Program-made: the position numbers and the translations under genes
Source of the DNA: Candidatus Limnocylindrales bacterium
GTDB taxonomy: Bacteria > Chloroflexota > Limnocylindria > Limnocylindrales > CSP1-4
Direction: 5' to 3'
NCBI GenBank assembly: GCA_038204565.1
Contig: JBBRCU010000001.1
Location: forward strand, 83,844-147,843
DNA: 64,000 nt
Part shown: one piece after another, positions 43,824-53,784 of the stretch
Numbering within the stretch: the stretch's first letter is position 1
Layout of the letters: the number at the start of each line of letters is the position of its first letter
The notes under the pieces: generated by a model
Told to the model about the DNA's origin: nothing
What the model saw: the letters and a program-made list of their open reading frames with translations, nothing else
Database searches by the model: none

Positions 43824-44654
43824 TCAGATGGGCGCTTCCGCCGGCCGCCGGGCGACGAGGACGGCTCGGTCGCTGCCAGGACCGATCGGCTCGAGGTCAT
43901 AGTCCCCGCCGATCTGGTCGACAACGAGCCCGGCCTCCTCCGCCATGGCCCGGAGCTCGTCCGACCCGACGAGCCGCAGCGGATCGTGGCGGATCCAGCG
44001 GACGGAGCTCGCGCCGGGCGGGCCCTCCTCGTAGATCGCCGTGAGATCGACAATGGCCGTGGCCGCATCGTAGCGGGCGGACGCGACCTTCGTCACCGGC
44101 TGGCCGGTCTCGGGCTCGGGCCGCTCGTACTCGAAGATCAGCCGGCCATCGAAGCGATCCAAGTCGGCCGGCTCCGGCAGCCAGACGTCGACGACGGCGA
44201 GGCCCCCCGGGGCGAGGTGCCGGGCCATCGTCCGGAACGCCTGGCGCTGCGCGTCGGCGGTTGCCAGGAGGAAGATCGAGTTCAGCGCGATGAGCGCGAG
44301 GCGGTAACCGCCGGCGCCGGGCAGATCGAGATCGAGGAGATCCGCCTCCACCAGCTCGAGCCGGCCGCCGACGGCTCGTCCCGCCGCCCGCGCCCGGGCA
44401 TAGGCCCGCTCGAGCATGGCCGGCTCGATGTCGACGGCCGTGACGTGGTGGCCCGCGGCCGCCAGCGGCACGGCGATCCGGCCGGTTCCCGCCGCGAGCT
44501 CGAGGATCGGCCCGCCCGTCCGGTCAGCGAGCTCGAGATATAGCTCGACGTCGCCGGGGTCCTCGACGAGGTCCAGGTCGTAGAGCCGGGCGAGGGCGCG
44601 GCTCGTCGCGGCCGACGTCGCCGCATCCGACGGCCCGACGCGGCCGCTGGTCAT
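43824..44654 (-). CDS. Class I SAM-dependent methyltransferase
   Basis: Start refined to ATG 44654 (ATGA overlap with the speB stop). Motif I is ILELAAGTGRIAVPLA. Confidence 0.8.
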   Translation of the reverse strand: MTSGRVGPSDAATSAATSRALARLYDLDLVEDPGDVELYLELADRTGGPILELAAGTGRIAVPLAAAGHHVTAVDIEPAMLERAYARARAAGRAVGGRLELVEADLLDLDLPGAGGYRLALIALNSIFLLATADAQRQAFRTMARHLAPGGLAVVDVWLPEPADLDRFDGRLIFEYERPEPETGQPVTKVASARYDAATAIVDLTAIYEEGPPGASSVRWIRHDPLRLVGSDELRAMAEEAGLVVDQIGGDYDLEPIGPGSDRAVLVARRPAEAPI

Positions 44655-45757
44655 ATCGGCGGGAATGCGTCCAGGGCAGTTCCCGGGCCGTCGAACCGGA
44701 CCCGGCCGCCGTCGCGCCGCTTCAGCGCCAGGGCGCTGATCGCCTCGAGGGCGGTCCGGTTCGCGATCATCGCCGTCGTCTCGGCGTGGTCGTAGGGCGG
44801 CGACACCTCGACGATGTCCATCCCGGCGAGCTCGACCTGACCGACGATCCTGCGGACGGCCCGGAGCAACTCGCGGGTGATGAAGCCGCCGGGCTCCGGC
44901 GTGCCGGTTCCGGGCGCGAGTCCCGGGTCGACGACGTCGATGTCGACGCTGAGGTAGATCGCGTCGGGGCCGTCGAGAGCCTCGGCGATCGCGTCGTCGA
45001 TCACGGCCTCCGCGCCGCGTTCCTCGACCTCGGTCATGAAGTGGTAGCGCAGGCCGTGTTCCTGCATCCAGGTGAACGTCTCGACCGGCGGCCAATAGCC
45101 CCGCAGGCCGACCTGAACGAAGTTCCGGCCGGCGACGGCGCCGGATTCGATCAGGCGCCGCATCGGCGTGCCGTGGCCGGCCAGGACGCCCCAATCGTCG
45201 TTGGCCGTGTCGGCATGGGCGTCGAAATGGACGATCCCGATGCTTCCCGGGCGGCGGACCTCGGCAACGGCGGTGGCGCTCGGCCAGGTGATCGAATGGT
45301 CGCCGCCGAGGACGATCGGGATCGCGCCGGTCGCGGCGACCTCGCGAACCTTCCGATGGATCAGGGCGTGAGCCCGTTCGATCCAGGCCGGGACGATGTT
45401 TGCGTCCCCGGCGTCCACGACGGTCAGGAGTTCGAACGGCTCGACGCCGAGCTGCAACGAGTGGACCGAGCCCGACGTGTACTGGGCCTCACGGATCGCC
45501 CGTGGGCCGAACCGGGCACCGGAGCGGTGGCTGACGGCGTCGTCGAACGGCGCCCCGATGATGGCAACGTCGACGGTCCGGGCTCGCAGCTCCGCTGGGT
45601 CGGTGATCCAGGGCAGGTTCATGAACGTCGTCGGGCCGACGTAGGTGGGGAGGTCGAAGTCGGCGAAGACCTCCCAATCGCGGTCCCAGCCGTTGAGCCG
45701 GGCGAAGTCGACCGCGGCGCTCGGATCGGGAATGGGTTCGTGGGGACGCTCGGCCAC
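44651..45757 (-). CDS. speB: Agmatinase/ureohydrolase family protein
   Basis: Start refined to GTG 45757 (GGAGG 5 nt upstream). Mn ligand motifs are GGDHSITWP, HFDAHADT and SVDIDVVDP. Confidence 0.85.
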   Translation of the reverse strand: MAERPHEPIPDPSAAVDFARLNGWDRDWEVFADFDLPTYVGPTTFMNLPWITDPAELRARTVDVAIIGAPFDDAVSHRSGARFGPRAIREAQYTSGSVHSLQLGVEPFELLTVVDAGDANIVPAWIERAHALIHRKVREVAATGAIPIVLGGDHSITWPSATAVAEVRRPGSIGIVHFDAHADTANDDWGVLAGHGTPMRRLIESGAVAGRNFVQVGLRGYWPPVETFTWMQEHGLRYHFMTEVEERGAEAVIDDAIAEALDGPDAIYLSVDIDVVDPGLAPGTGTPEPGGFITRELLRAVRRIVGQVELAGMDIVEVSPPYDHAETTAMIANRTALEAISALALKRRDGGRVRFDGPGTALDAFPPI

Positions 45758-45995
45758 GGGAACCTCCGGGCGACGATCGCGTCGCTCCCCGCAGAGCGGC
45801 GACGGGACGGGTCGTCGTCTCGAACGGAGCGCCGCCGGTTCGTTCCGAGCGTCCAGCGGGGCGCGCCGGGCCCATCCTACCACCGGCCGCTGGAGCCAAT
45901 TTCCCGCCGGGCGGGCTCGCGTGGCACGATGTCGGCGCGGCCGGCGACCCACTGCCCACGCGCTCGCCGCCCTGTCCCGTCACCGGGAGACTGCC

Positions 45996-47342
45996 GTGAA
46001 CCGACCGCTTCGCCGCCCATCCCTCCAGCGTGGCGTTGCCGGGTTGGCCGTCGCCGTCCTGGCGTTCAGCATCGCCGGCCCGGGACGCCTCCCTGGGGCC
46101 GACGGACAGGCCGCGGCGCTCGCCGGACCAACCATGGAAGCGACCGTTGGGCTCGAGGCGACCCTCGCCGCGACCCGCCGGCCGAACCTCCCGAGCGCTC
46201 CCCGGTCTGGTGCGTTCGATCCGAAGGGCGTCTCGGTCGGTCTCAGCCTGGTCAAGAGCGGGTTCACTTCGCCGATCCTCGTCACGAACGCCAGTGACGG
46301 CAGCGGCCGACTCTTCGTGGTGGAGCGGGCCGGCCTGATCCGGATCATCGCTGGCAGCTCGATCCTCGCGACGCCGTTCCTCGACCTGCGGGGGGCGATC
46401 TCGACCGGGGGCGAGCGCGGCCTGCTCGGCCTCGCCTTTCACCCCGATTATCCGGCCCATCCGTATGTCTATGTGAACTTCACCGACCGCAACGGGAACA
46501 CGGCCATCGACCGGTTCACGGTGAGCGCCAACCCGAACGTCGCCAGCCGGACGGGCGCGGTCCGGCTCCTCACCATCAGCCAGCCGTACGCCAACCACAA
46601 CGGCGGCAACATCGCGTTCGGCCCGGACGGGTACCTGTACATCGGAACGGGCGACGGAGGCAGCGCCGGCGACCCCGGCAACCGCGCCCATAGCCTCAGC
46701 ACCCTCCTCGGGAAGATGCTCCGGATCGACGTCGACCACGGCTCCGGGACCAGGCGCTACCGCTCACCCGCGACGAACCCGTACGTCGGACGGACCGGCC
46801 TCGACGAGATCTGGTCGCGCGGCCTGCGGAATCCGTGGCGCTGGTCGTTCGATCGGCTGACAGGACAGCTCTGGATCGGGGACGTCGGCCAGAGCCGCTG
46901 GGAGGAGATCGACCGCGCGAACGCTCGCGACGGCTTTCCGGCCGGTCGGGGGGTGAACTTCGGCTGGCATGTCCTGGAGGGTCGAGCGTGCTACTGGCCC
47001 GCGACCGGCTGCTCCACGTCGGGGATGCAGCCGCCATTGGCTGCCTATGCCCAGGCGGTGGCGGGCGCCGACAACTGCGCGGTCATCGGCGGCTTCGTCT
47101 ATCGCGGCGCGGCGAACCCGGCCCTCTCCGGCGGGTATCTCTTCGGGGACTTCTGCTCGGGCCGGATGTGGGTCGTCTCGGCGCGGGCCTACACGCCGGC
47201 AATGCCCGTTGTCGTCCGCGACACGACGGCCAGCCCCCACCTCGCGATCAGCTCATTCGGAGAGGATGAGGCAGGGGAGCTGTACGTCTGCGACCTGGCC
47301 GGCGGCGCCATCTACCGGATCACGGCCAGCCCGAAGCCCTGA
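45996..47342 (+). CDS. Secreted PQQ-dependent sugar (glucose/sorbosone) dehydrogenase, beta-propeller
   Basis: Start refined to GTG 45996 (GGGAGA 5 nt upstream). Signal peptide is VAGLAVAVLAFSIAG. Motifs are RLFVVERAG, GLLGLAFHPDY, HNGGNIAFGPDGYLYIGTGDGG and GLRNPWRWSFD. Confidence 0.85.
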   Translation: MNRPLRRPSLQRGVAGLAVAVLAFSIAGPGRLPGADGQAAALAGPTMEATVGLEATLAATRRPNLPSAPRSGAFDPKGVSVGLSLVKSGFTSPILVTNASDGSGRLFVVERAGLIRIIAGSSILATPFLDLRGAISTGGERGLLGLAFHPDYPAHPYVYVNFTDRNGNTAIDRFTVSANPNVASRTGAVRLLTISQPYANHNGGNIAFGPDGYLYIGTGDGGSAGDPGNRAHSLSTLLGKMLRIDVDHGSGTRRYRSPATNPYVGRTGLDEIWSRGLRNPWRWSFDRLTGQLWIGDVGQSRWEEIDRANARDGFPAGRGVNFGWHVLEGRACYWPATGCSTSGMQPPLAAYAQAVAGADNCAVIGGFVYRGAANPALSGGYLFGDFCSGRMWVVSARAYTPAMPVVVRDTTASPHLAISSFGEDEAGELYVCDLAGGAIYRITASPKP

Positions 47343-47398
47343 TCCGGCGGCGACGTCCCGGCCGGCGACGTCCCGTCGCGCGTTCGGCCGGCGGCCGA

Positions 47399-48649
47399 TC
47401 AGCCCTTACCGCCGAAGTCCTGCCAGGCGGCCCCGACGAGCGCGGGATCGGCGAACAGCTCGTAGGCGGTCTGGGCGACCAGCGTTGCGGCGAGGAGGGT
47501 TGTCGCGTCCGCCGCAGGCGTCACGGCCGCGTCCCGGAACAGGATCGAATGACCGGGGGTGCCCTCCGGCGCGATGGACAGATCCGGATGGATCGTCGGG
47601 CAGACCCAGCTGACGTTGCCCATGTCCGTGCTGCCCGAGTTCGGATCCGGCCCCTGGTCGACGATCCCGTACGCCGCAGCGTTGGCGACCCAGCGGGCCT
47701 CGAGGGTCGAGTTCGCCTTCATCGTCATCGCCCCACCGCTGAAGGCGATCTCGGCGGTCGTGTCCGTCGCGAGGGCAGCGGCATCGACGAGCGTCCGGAA
47801 TCGCGCCTTGATCTCCTCGTAGTACGGCTGGTCCGGGCTGCGCAGCATGAACCATGCTCGGGTCCGGTCCGGGATGATGTTCGCGGCGGTTCCGCCCTCC
47901 TGGATGATCCCGTGGACCCGCGCGTCCGGTCGAAGCTGCTGGCGCCACAGACCGACCGAGCTGAACAGCAGGATCATCGCGTCGAGGGCGTTCTTCCCCT
48001 TCCACGGATCGGCGGCTGCGTGCGCCTGGAGGCCGTGGAACACGACCTCGACGTCCTCGGACGCGAGCGGCTGCGACGCGACATGGCTGCGATCGCACGG
48101 ATGGAAGAGGAGCGCCGCGTCGATTCCGGCAAAGAGGCCGTCCTCGATCATCGTCATCTTGCCGCTGCCCCGCTCCTCGGCCGGCGTCCCGAAGAACACG
48201 ATCTCGCCGGGCAGCTCCGCGGCGAGCGAGGCGAGGGCGATTGCGGCGCCGACCCCGGACGCGGCCATCGTGTTGTGGCCGCAGCCGTGGCCGAGACCCG
48301 GCAGGGCGTCGTACTCGGCGAGGATCCCGATCCGCGGGCCGTCGCCCTCTCGCCCGCCGCGGAGCGTGGCCCGGATTGCCGTCGCGAGCGTCCCGGCCGG
48401 ATGCTCGACTGCGTAGCCGTGGCTCCGCAGCACCTCGGCGATCCACGTTGCGGCCTGGACCTCTTCGAACGCCGGCTCCGGATGGGCGTGGATCCGGTGG
48501 GACAGGTCGAGAATCTCGGAGCGGGCGCCATCGACCGCGGCGGCGAGTCGAATCTTTGCCGCTTCGTGCGGGGCCGCGGGCGTGAAGTTGGCCAGCGGAC
48601 CGTCCGGTGCAATCGCGGCCGACGAGACGGCGGTGGAGGATCCGTTCAC
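47399..48649 (-). CDS. M20D-family amidohydrolase
   Basis: Start refined to GTG 48649 (AAGGAG 5 nt upstream). Motifs are IHAHPEPAFEE, EYDALPGLGHGCGHN and FFGTPAEE. Confidence 0.85.
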   Translation of the reverse strand: MNGSSTAVSSAAIAPDGPLANFTPAAPHEAAKIRLAAAVDGARSEILDLSHRIHAHPEPAFEEVQAATWIAEVLRSHGYAVEHPAGTLATAIRATLRGGREGDGPRIGILAEYDALPGLGHGCGHNTMAASGVGAAIALASLAAELPGEIVFFGTPAEERGSGKMTMIEDGLFAGIDAALLFHPCDRSHVASQPLASEDVEVVFHGLQAHAAADPWKGKNALDAMILLFSSVGLWRQQLRPDARVHGIIQEGGTAANIIPDRTRAWFMLRSPDQPYYEEIKARFRTLVDAAALATDTTAEIAFSGGAMTMKANSTLEARWVANAAAYGIVDQGPDPNSGSTDMGNVSWVCPTIHPDLSIAPEGTPGHSILFRDAAVTPAADATTLLAATLVAQTAYELFADPALVGAAWQDFGGKG

Positions 48650-48697
48650 GCACTCTCCTTGGGGGCCCGGGCCGACCAATCTGCGTTGAGGCGCGTT

Positions 48698-49072
48698 CTA
48701 GCGCTCCACGGACAGGACGGCCTCGGCGAGGACGACGAGGGCCAGGATGAACAGGGCGAGGGCCGGGACGAAGGCCTGCTGGAGCCGGAGGATGACGAAG
48801 ACGGCGGTCACGACGGCGACCCATCCGCCGCGACGGACCGCCCGGGTCCAGTCACCACGATAGGCGATCCGGCGATGGCGGGCGAAGATCGCCAGCCAGA
48901 ACAACGGGATCATCGTCAGGCCGACCGCGAGCCCGATCAGGAGCGCCCCGACGAAGCCGGCGGTCGGGTCGATCCGCGGATCGCGGGTGGTCACGACGAG
49001 GGCGACGAGGACCCAGACGATCCCGGCCCCGGCGAAGAAACCGAGGTTCGTTAAGCGGTCGCGGGCTTCCAT
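48698..49072 (-). CDS. Small polytopic membrane protein, unknown function
   Basis: Start taken at ATG 49072. 124 aa with about four hydrophobic helices (FFAGAGIVWVLVALVV, FVGALLIGLAVGLTMIPLFWLAIF, WVAVVTAVFVIL, VPALALFILALVVLA). Confidence 0.6.
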   Translation of the reverse strand: MEARDRLTNLGFFAGAGIVWVLVALVVTTRDPRIDPTAGFVGALLIGLAVGLTMIPLFWLAIFARHRRIAYRGDWTRAVRRGGWVAVVTAVFVILRLQQAFVPALALFILALVVLAEAVLSVER

Positions 49073-49080
49073 CAGGAGGG

Positions 49081-49086
49081 AGTCTA
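49081..49086 (-). promoter_or_regulatory. -10 box TAGACT 8 nt upstream of ATG 49072 (leaderless-type start)
   Basis: The minus strand reads CTAGACT-CCCTCCTG-ATG. Confidence 0.35.
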
Positions 49087-49182
49087 GGGCGTCCCGTCGC
49101 CGGCCCCATCCGGGTGCCGAAATGGGAGTGGTCGCGAGGCCCGGCTCGGCGCATTGCACCCGGCGCTCGAGGTACTCCGGGG

Positions 49183-49632
49183 TCAGCGGACGGCGGTCGG
49201 GTCAGGAGTCGGGTCGGCGGTCGGGCGGACCGCGGCGATGAGCTCGTACAGCCGCACGGGCTTCATCACGACTGCGTCAACGATGGAGGGATGGCCGCGG
49301 GCGGCGGTGGCCCGGTCCGCGTCGCCCGTCATCATCACGATCCGGACGGCCGGCCGGAGCGCCAGGAGGCGGGCGGCCAGCTCGATCCCGGTCATCCCGG
49401 GCATCTCGATGTCGGTCACGACGACGGCGGGTCGGACGCGATCCTCGGCGACCAGTCGGAGCGCCTCGTCGCCCGTTGCCGCAACCGCGACCTCACAGCC
49501 AGCGAGGACGAGCGCGCGGGCGACATCGGCGCGGATCACCGGCTCGTCGTCGACGACGAGCACGACCGGACCTTCGCCCGCGTTGGACGGTGCCGGCAGC
49601 CGCGCAGAGTCCGCGGTCGAGCCGCCGCTCAT
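49183..49632 (-). CDS. Single-domain CheY-like response regulator
   Basis: 149 aa with a canonical receiver: VVDDEP, VVTDIEMPGM, MMTG and VMKPV. Confidence 0.85.
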   Translation of the reverse strand: MSGGSTADSARLPAPSNAGEGPVVLVVDDEPVIRADVARALVLAGCEVAVAATGDEALRLVAEDRVRPAVVVTDIEMPGMTGIELAARLLALRPAVRIVMMTGDADRATAARGHPSIVDAVVMKPVRLYELIAAVRPTADPTPDPTAVR

Positions 49633-49737
49633 CGGCGATCTGGTTCCTCCGTGCCCGAGAGTTGTTCGTCGTCGTCGCCGACCTGGCGGCGGTGCATCCT
49701 CGCACCGGCCGGCCGGCGCGCAAATGGGGCGAATGCC

Positions 49738-50583
49738 CTATCGGGCGGGGTCTCGGCGGACGGGGCGGGTCCCCGCGGCCCGACGCGGCGGCGGACCGAG
49801 CCGGGTCTCGAGCTCTGCAACGGTCGCGATCTCCAGGTCAGGATCGACGGACCCGTCGCGCTCGCTGGTCGGCAATGGCGTACTTTCCGGTCGAGTCCGA
49901 ACCCACGCCGTTCGCCAGCCGGCCGCACCTGCTCCGACGACGTCCGCGGCCCAGTCGTCACCGACATGGAGGATCGCGACTGGATCCGGGCCACCGAGGG
50001 CGGCGCGCGCAGCCTCGAAGATCGCCCGTTGGGGCTTGATCGTGCCGACCCGCTGGCTGACGACGATCGCCCGCAGGAACGGCAGCCAGCCGTGCGCCTC
50101 GGCGTAGCGATCGATCGTCGCTGCGAGTGGCCAGTTCGAGAGGATCGCGAGGTCTCGACCGGCCGCCAGTCGTTCGAGCATCGCGGCCACGGCCGGCGAC
50201 GCGGGGAGGCCGTCAACGAAGGCCGAGCTGTACTGCTCGACGCCCCAGTCGACATCGGTGACATCGGAGTAGCTGCTCGCTCGCAGCTGGTCCCATCGTT
50301 CGTCATCGGGCGGCGGGGTCATGCCGCGCAGTCGCGCCAGGACCCGAACCAGACGTTCCCCAAGGTCCACCTCGCGGAACTGCGGCACCTCCTCGCGAAA
50401 CTGGCGGGCGCCCTCCTCGGTCCAGGCTGCCAGGAACGCCGCCGGTTCGAGATCCGGGCAGCGCCCGCAGATCGCGTCCGCGGTTCGCCCGATGACCGCT
50501 CGGAGTGAATCCCGGCTCACCGGGACGAGCGTATTGCCGAAGTCGAACGTGATCGCCGTGATCCCCTCGAGCGGCGCCTTCAC
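49738..50583 (-). CDS. HAD-superfamily hydrolase
   Basis: 281 aa with motif I ITFDFGNTL, motif II LSNWP and motif IV HVGDDWAADV. GTG 50583 overlaps the helicase stop (GTGA). Confidence 0.8.
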   Translation of the reverse strand: MKAPLEGITAITFDFGNTLVPVSRDSLRAVIGRTADAICGRCPDLEPAAFLAAWTEEGARQFREEVPQFREVDLGERLVRVLARLRGMTPPPDDERWDQLRASSYSDVTDVDWGVEQYSSAFVDGLPASPAVAAMLERLAAGRDLAILSNWPLAATIDRYAEAHGWLPFLRAIVVSQRVGTIKPQRAIFEAARAALGGPDPVAILHVGDDWAADVVGAGAAGWRTAWVRTRPESTPLPTSERDGSVDPDLEIATVAELETRLGPPPRRAAGTRPVRRDPAR

Positions 50584-53500
50584 ACGGCCACGCTCGACGG
50601 GCAGATCGCCTTGAACGGGCAGTACCCACAGCTCGTTCGATCCGGCGTCGCCTCGAAGGCCCGAGCCCGAATCCCGGCTGCCGCCGTCGCGATCCGGGCC
50701 TTGCCCTTGGCGATCCGCTTCGCGTCGATGTCGACCCGGCCCGTCACTCCGGTGTCGAGGAAGTGGAGCGCGACCGCATCCGGCAGCCGACCCGCGACCG
50801 CTTCATAGCCCATCGCGTAGATCTGGAGCTGGAGCGATTCGCGGGCCCGCTGGCGCGCCTTCGCCGGGTCCCGCACATCGCTCGTCTTGTAATCGGTGAT
50901 GGTGACGCGCTCCCGACCGGTCAGCTCGAAGGTCGGCGCCACCGTGTCGACCGTCGGGACCACCGCCGCGGCCGGAACGTCCGGGTCGGCGGCATCGGCA
51001 CCGGCCGGCTCGATGTCGACGCGATCCCAGCGGCCGCGGATCCGGTCGCCCCCGAGAGCGAAGCTGAACTCGCGCTCGACGTAGGCCGGGATCACCGCGT
51101 CGGGCTCGAGCTGGGCCGCCCGGAACCGGCGAAGGGTCGCGTGACCCTCGGCCAGACGGGCGTCCTCGTGATCGCGCGAGAGGAAGCCTTCGTTCGTCCA
51201 GGCCGCCTCGAACGCGGCGCTCAGCTCGTCCTCGCTCATCACCTCGCCACGCGCGTGGCGGCGGTGGAATTCCTGGACGGCGCGGTGGAGCGCTGAGCCG
51301 TAGATCATCGCGTGATGGGGCGGGGCCGGAACCCGGACGACGTGGCCGAGCTTGTAGCGGAGCGGGCAGGTCAGGTAGGCGTCGATCGCGGAGAACGACA
51401 GGGTCAGCGGCTCGGTGCTCGGTCCGCGCTCGGTTGCTGGCCGGACGGGCATCGATGCCACATTCGCCGCCTCGATCCGGTCGATCGAGGTAGCCGGCCG
51501 GACGACCGGGTCGACGGCGGTCGGTGGCAGGTCCAGCGCCTCGAGGACGAATGGCGACACGCGGCGGACCCCGACCCCGCCGTAGTCGAATGCGTGCGAC
51601 AGGATCAGCTCGTCCCGAGCGCGGGTCATCGCGACGTAGAACAGGCGGCGCTCCTCCCGCAGCTGGACCTCATCGGCGGGTCCGGCCACGACGTCGCCAA
51701 GGACGTCCGGCAGGGCGAGCGCGTCGCGGCGGTTGGGGATCGGGAACCGGCCCGCCACGAGCCCGGGCAGGTACACGATCGGGAACTCGAGTCCCTTCGC
51801 CTTGTGGACCGTCAGCACGGCGACCGCGTCGGCATCGGGATCGAGGTCAGCTGTCGCCGGATCATCGCCCGCCTCGATCAGGGTCTGGAGGTGGCCCGCG
51901 ACGAACGTCGCCCGATCGTCGGCGAGGAGCGTCGACTGGGCCCGGACGATGTCGAAGAAGCGGGCCACGTTGCGGAGCTGCTCCTCGGCTCCGATCGACG
52001 CCTCGGCCGCGAGCCGCGTCAACGTGCCGGTCCGGCGCAGAAACGCGTACAGCACCTCGCCGGCCGGTCGTTCGTGGGCGACGGTCGACAGCTCGCGGAG
52101 ATCCGCAACGAGGCGCGCAACGGCGGCCCGGGACGCGGCCGAGATCCGGAGGATCCCCGGCTGGCGCTCCAGCTCCTCGAGCACCTCCCACAGCGTCCGG
52201 TTGCGGCGACGGGCGCTGTTCACGATCGCGGTGAGATCCTCGCCGCCCAGACGGTACGGCTCGCCGGTCGCGACGCCGTACAGATCGACCGAGGACCCGA
52301 GGTCCGCGATCGTCCGCAGGAAGGCCAGGAGCCGCCGGACCTCCGGCCGGGCATAGAGGCCCGAGGTTCCCGAGAACCGCCAGGGGACGCTGGCCGCGTC
52401 GAGGCTGCGCAGGATCGGATCGGCATGGCCGTTCGCCCGGACGAGGATCGCGATGTCGCGCGGAGCTGTTCCGGCTGCGATCCGGCCGGCGATCTCCGCC
52501 GCGATCCGATCCGCTTCGTCGTGGCCGGACGGGTGGGTCTCGAGGCGGACCGTCCGGCCCGCAGGATCGATCCCCCGCTCGGCAACGAGTCGCTTGCTGA
52601 TTCCGGCCTGAACCTCGAGCCGGTCCGGGTCGTTGAACCTGACCAGACGGTGTGATGCCTCGAGGATCGCCGGACGCGACCGATAGTTCCGCCGCAGGAC
52701 GATCGTCCGCGCCTGCGGATAGCGGTCCCGGAACCCCAGGATGTTGCTGATCGCGGCCCCCCGAAAGCGGTAGATCGACTGGTCGTCGTCACCGACACAG
52801 GTGAGGTTCCGGTGGCGCTCGGAAACGAGCGAGACGAGCTCCGACTGGGCCCGGTTCGTGTCCTGGAACTCATCGACGAGGACGTATCGGAAGCGTGCCT
52901 GAATCTCCGCCTGAGCCGCCGCCGAAGTCCGGACGAGCCGCAGCGCGAGCGCGACCTGATCCCCGAAGTCGATGCAGCCGTTGGCCTCCAGCAGTTCCTG
53001 GTAGCGGGCGTAGGCGCGGGCGAGCTCTCCCTGGCGGGCGGCCTCCTCGGCAAGCACCGCATCGTCGGGCGCCGCGGCCGCGGCCGCGGCGAGGCCCGCC
53101 GCATGGGCTGCGTAGGCCGCGGGCGAAACGTCCTCGTCCTTGCAACGGCTGAACAACGTCGCGAGGGCCCCCAGGAATCGGGTCGGGTCGCCGAGCGGCC
53201 GATAACGCTCCAGCTCGAAGGCGAAGAGGTGCTCCCGCAGAAAGATCACGGTCTCCGCCCGGCTCAGGACCCGCACGTCCGACGGAAGCCCGAGCTCCAG
53301 CGCGTACTCCCGGATCAGCCGGTCACCGAAGGCGTGGAACGTCCCGATGGTCGTGTCCGTGTAGCCATACGGCACGAGCTGGTCCACGCGAACCTGCATC
53401 TCCGCTGCGGCCTTCTCCGTGAACGTCAGGGCGAGGATCTCTGAGGGCCGCGCCCGGCGCGTGGCGATCAGCCAGGCGATCCGCCGGGTGATCACCTGGG

Positions 53501-53747
53501 TCTTGCCCGTGCCGGCGCCAGCGACGACAAGGAGCGGGCCATCACCATGGGTCACGGCGCGAAGCTGTTCAGGATTCAAGCCGCCGAGGAGGGCATCCAG
53601 GCCGGCCGGCGGGTCGCCCGAGGGCGCGTCCGTCCCGGCGGCGAGGACGAAGCCGTCCCACACCGGGATCTGCTCGAGCGAGACGGGCTCGCGGCGCGTG
53701 CGCGGACGGCTCATCGCGCCAGCCGTGGTCGTTGGATCAGGGGCCAT
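50580..53747 (-). CDS. UvrD/PcrA-type SF1 helicase fused to a C-terminal PD-(D/E)XK nuclease with Cas4/AddB-like Cys cluster
   Basis: 1055 aa with motif I AGAGTGKTQVI and motif II VLVDEFQDTN. The C-terminus has LTCPLRY...ITDYKTS...QLQIYA...CGYCPFKAIC, i.e. one Cys plus CxxCxxxxxC. Confidence 0.85.
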   Translation of the reverse strand: MAPDPTTTAGAMSRPRTRREPVSLEQIPVWDGFVLAAGTDAPSGDPPAGLDALLGGLNPEQLRAVTHGDGPLLVVAGAGTGKTQVITRRIAWLIATRRARPSEILALTFTEKAAAEMQVRVDQLVPYGYTDTTIGTFHAFGDRLIREYALELGLPSDVRVLSRAETVIFLREHLFAFELERYRPLGDPTRFLGALATLFSRCKDEDVSPAAYAAHAAGLAAAAAAAPDDAVLAEEAARQGELARAYARYQELLEANGCIDFGDQVALALRLVRTSAAAQAEIQARFRYVLVDEFQDTNRAQSELVSLVSERHRNLTCVGDDDQSIYRFRGAAISNILGFRDRYPQARTIVLRRNYRSRPAILEASHRLVRFNDPDRLEVQAGISKRLVAERGIDPAGRTVRLETHPSGHDEADRIAAEIAGRIAAGTAPRDIAILVRANGHADPILRSLDAASVPWRFSGTSGLYARPEVRRLLAFLRTIADLGSSVDLYGVATGEPYRLGGEDLTAIVNSARRRNRTLWEVLEELERQPGILRISAASRAAVARLVADLRELSTVAHERPAGEVLYAFLRRTGTLTRLAAEASIGAEEQLRNVARFFDIVRAQSTLLADDRATFVAGHLQTLIEAGDDPATADLDPDADAVAVLTVHKAKGLEFPIVYLPGLVAGRFPIPNRRDALALPDVLGDVVAGPADEVQLREERRLFYVAMTRARDELILSHAFDYGGVGVRRVSPFVLEALDLPPTAVDPVVRPATSIDRIEAANVASMPVRPATERGPSTEPLTLSFSAIDAYLTCPLRYKLGHVVRVPAPPHHAMIYGSALHRAVQEFHRRHARGEVMSEDELSAAFEAAWTNEGFLSRDHEDARLAEGHATLRRFRAAQLEPDAVIPAYVEREFSFALGGDRIRGRWDRVDIEPAGADAADPDVPAAAVVPTVDTVAPTFELTGRERVTITDYKTSDVRDPAKARQRARESLQLQIYAMGYEAVAGRLPDAVALHFLDTGVTGRVDIDAKRIAKGKARIATAAAGIRARAFEATPDRTSCGYCPFKAICPSSVAV

Positions 53748-53784
53748 GCGGCGATCATCGACCGACCCCGTGTCACCTAGCCTG

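Noticed and set aside
45922-45936. Sigma-54-like TGGCACG-N4 element in the speB/PQQ-dehydrogenase divergent region
   Set aside because: The -12 element reads CGGC instead of TTGC. No enhancer-binding protein gene is nearby. GG-N10-GC is easily produced by chance in GC-rich DNA.
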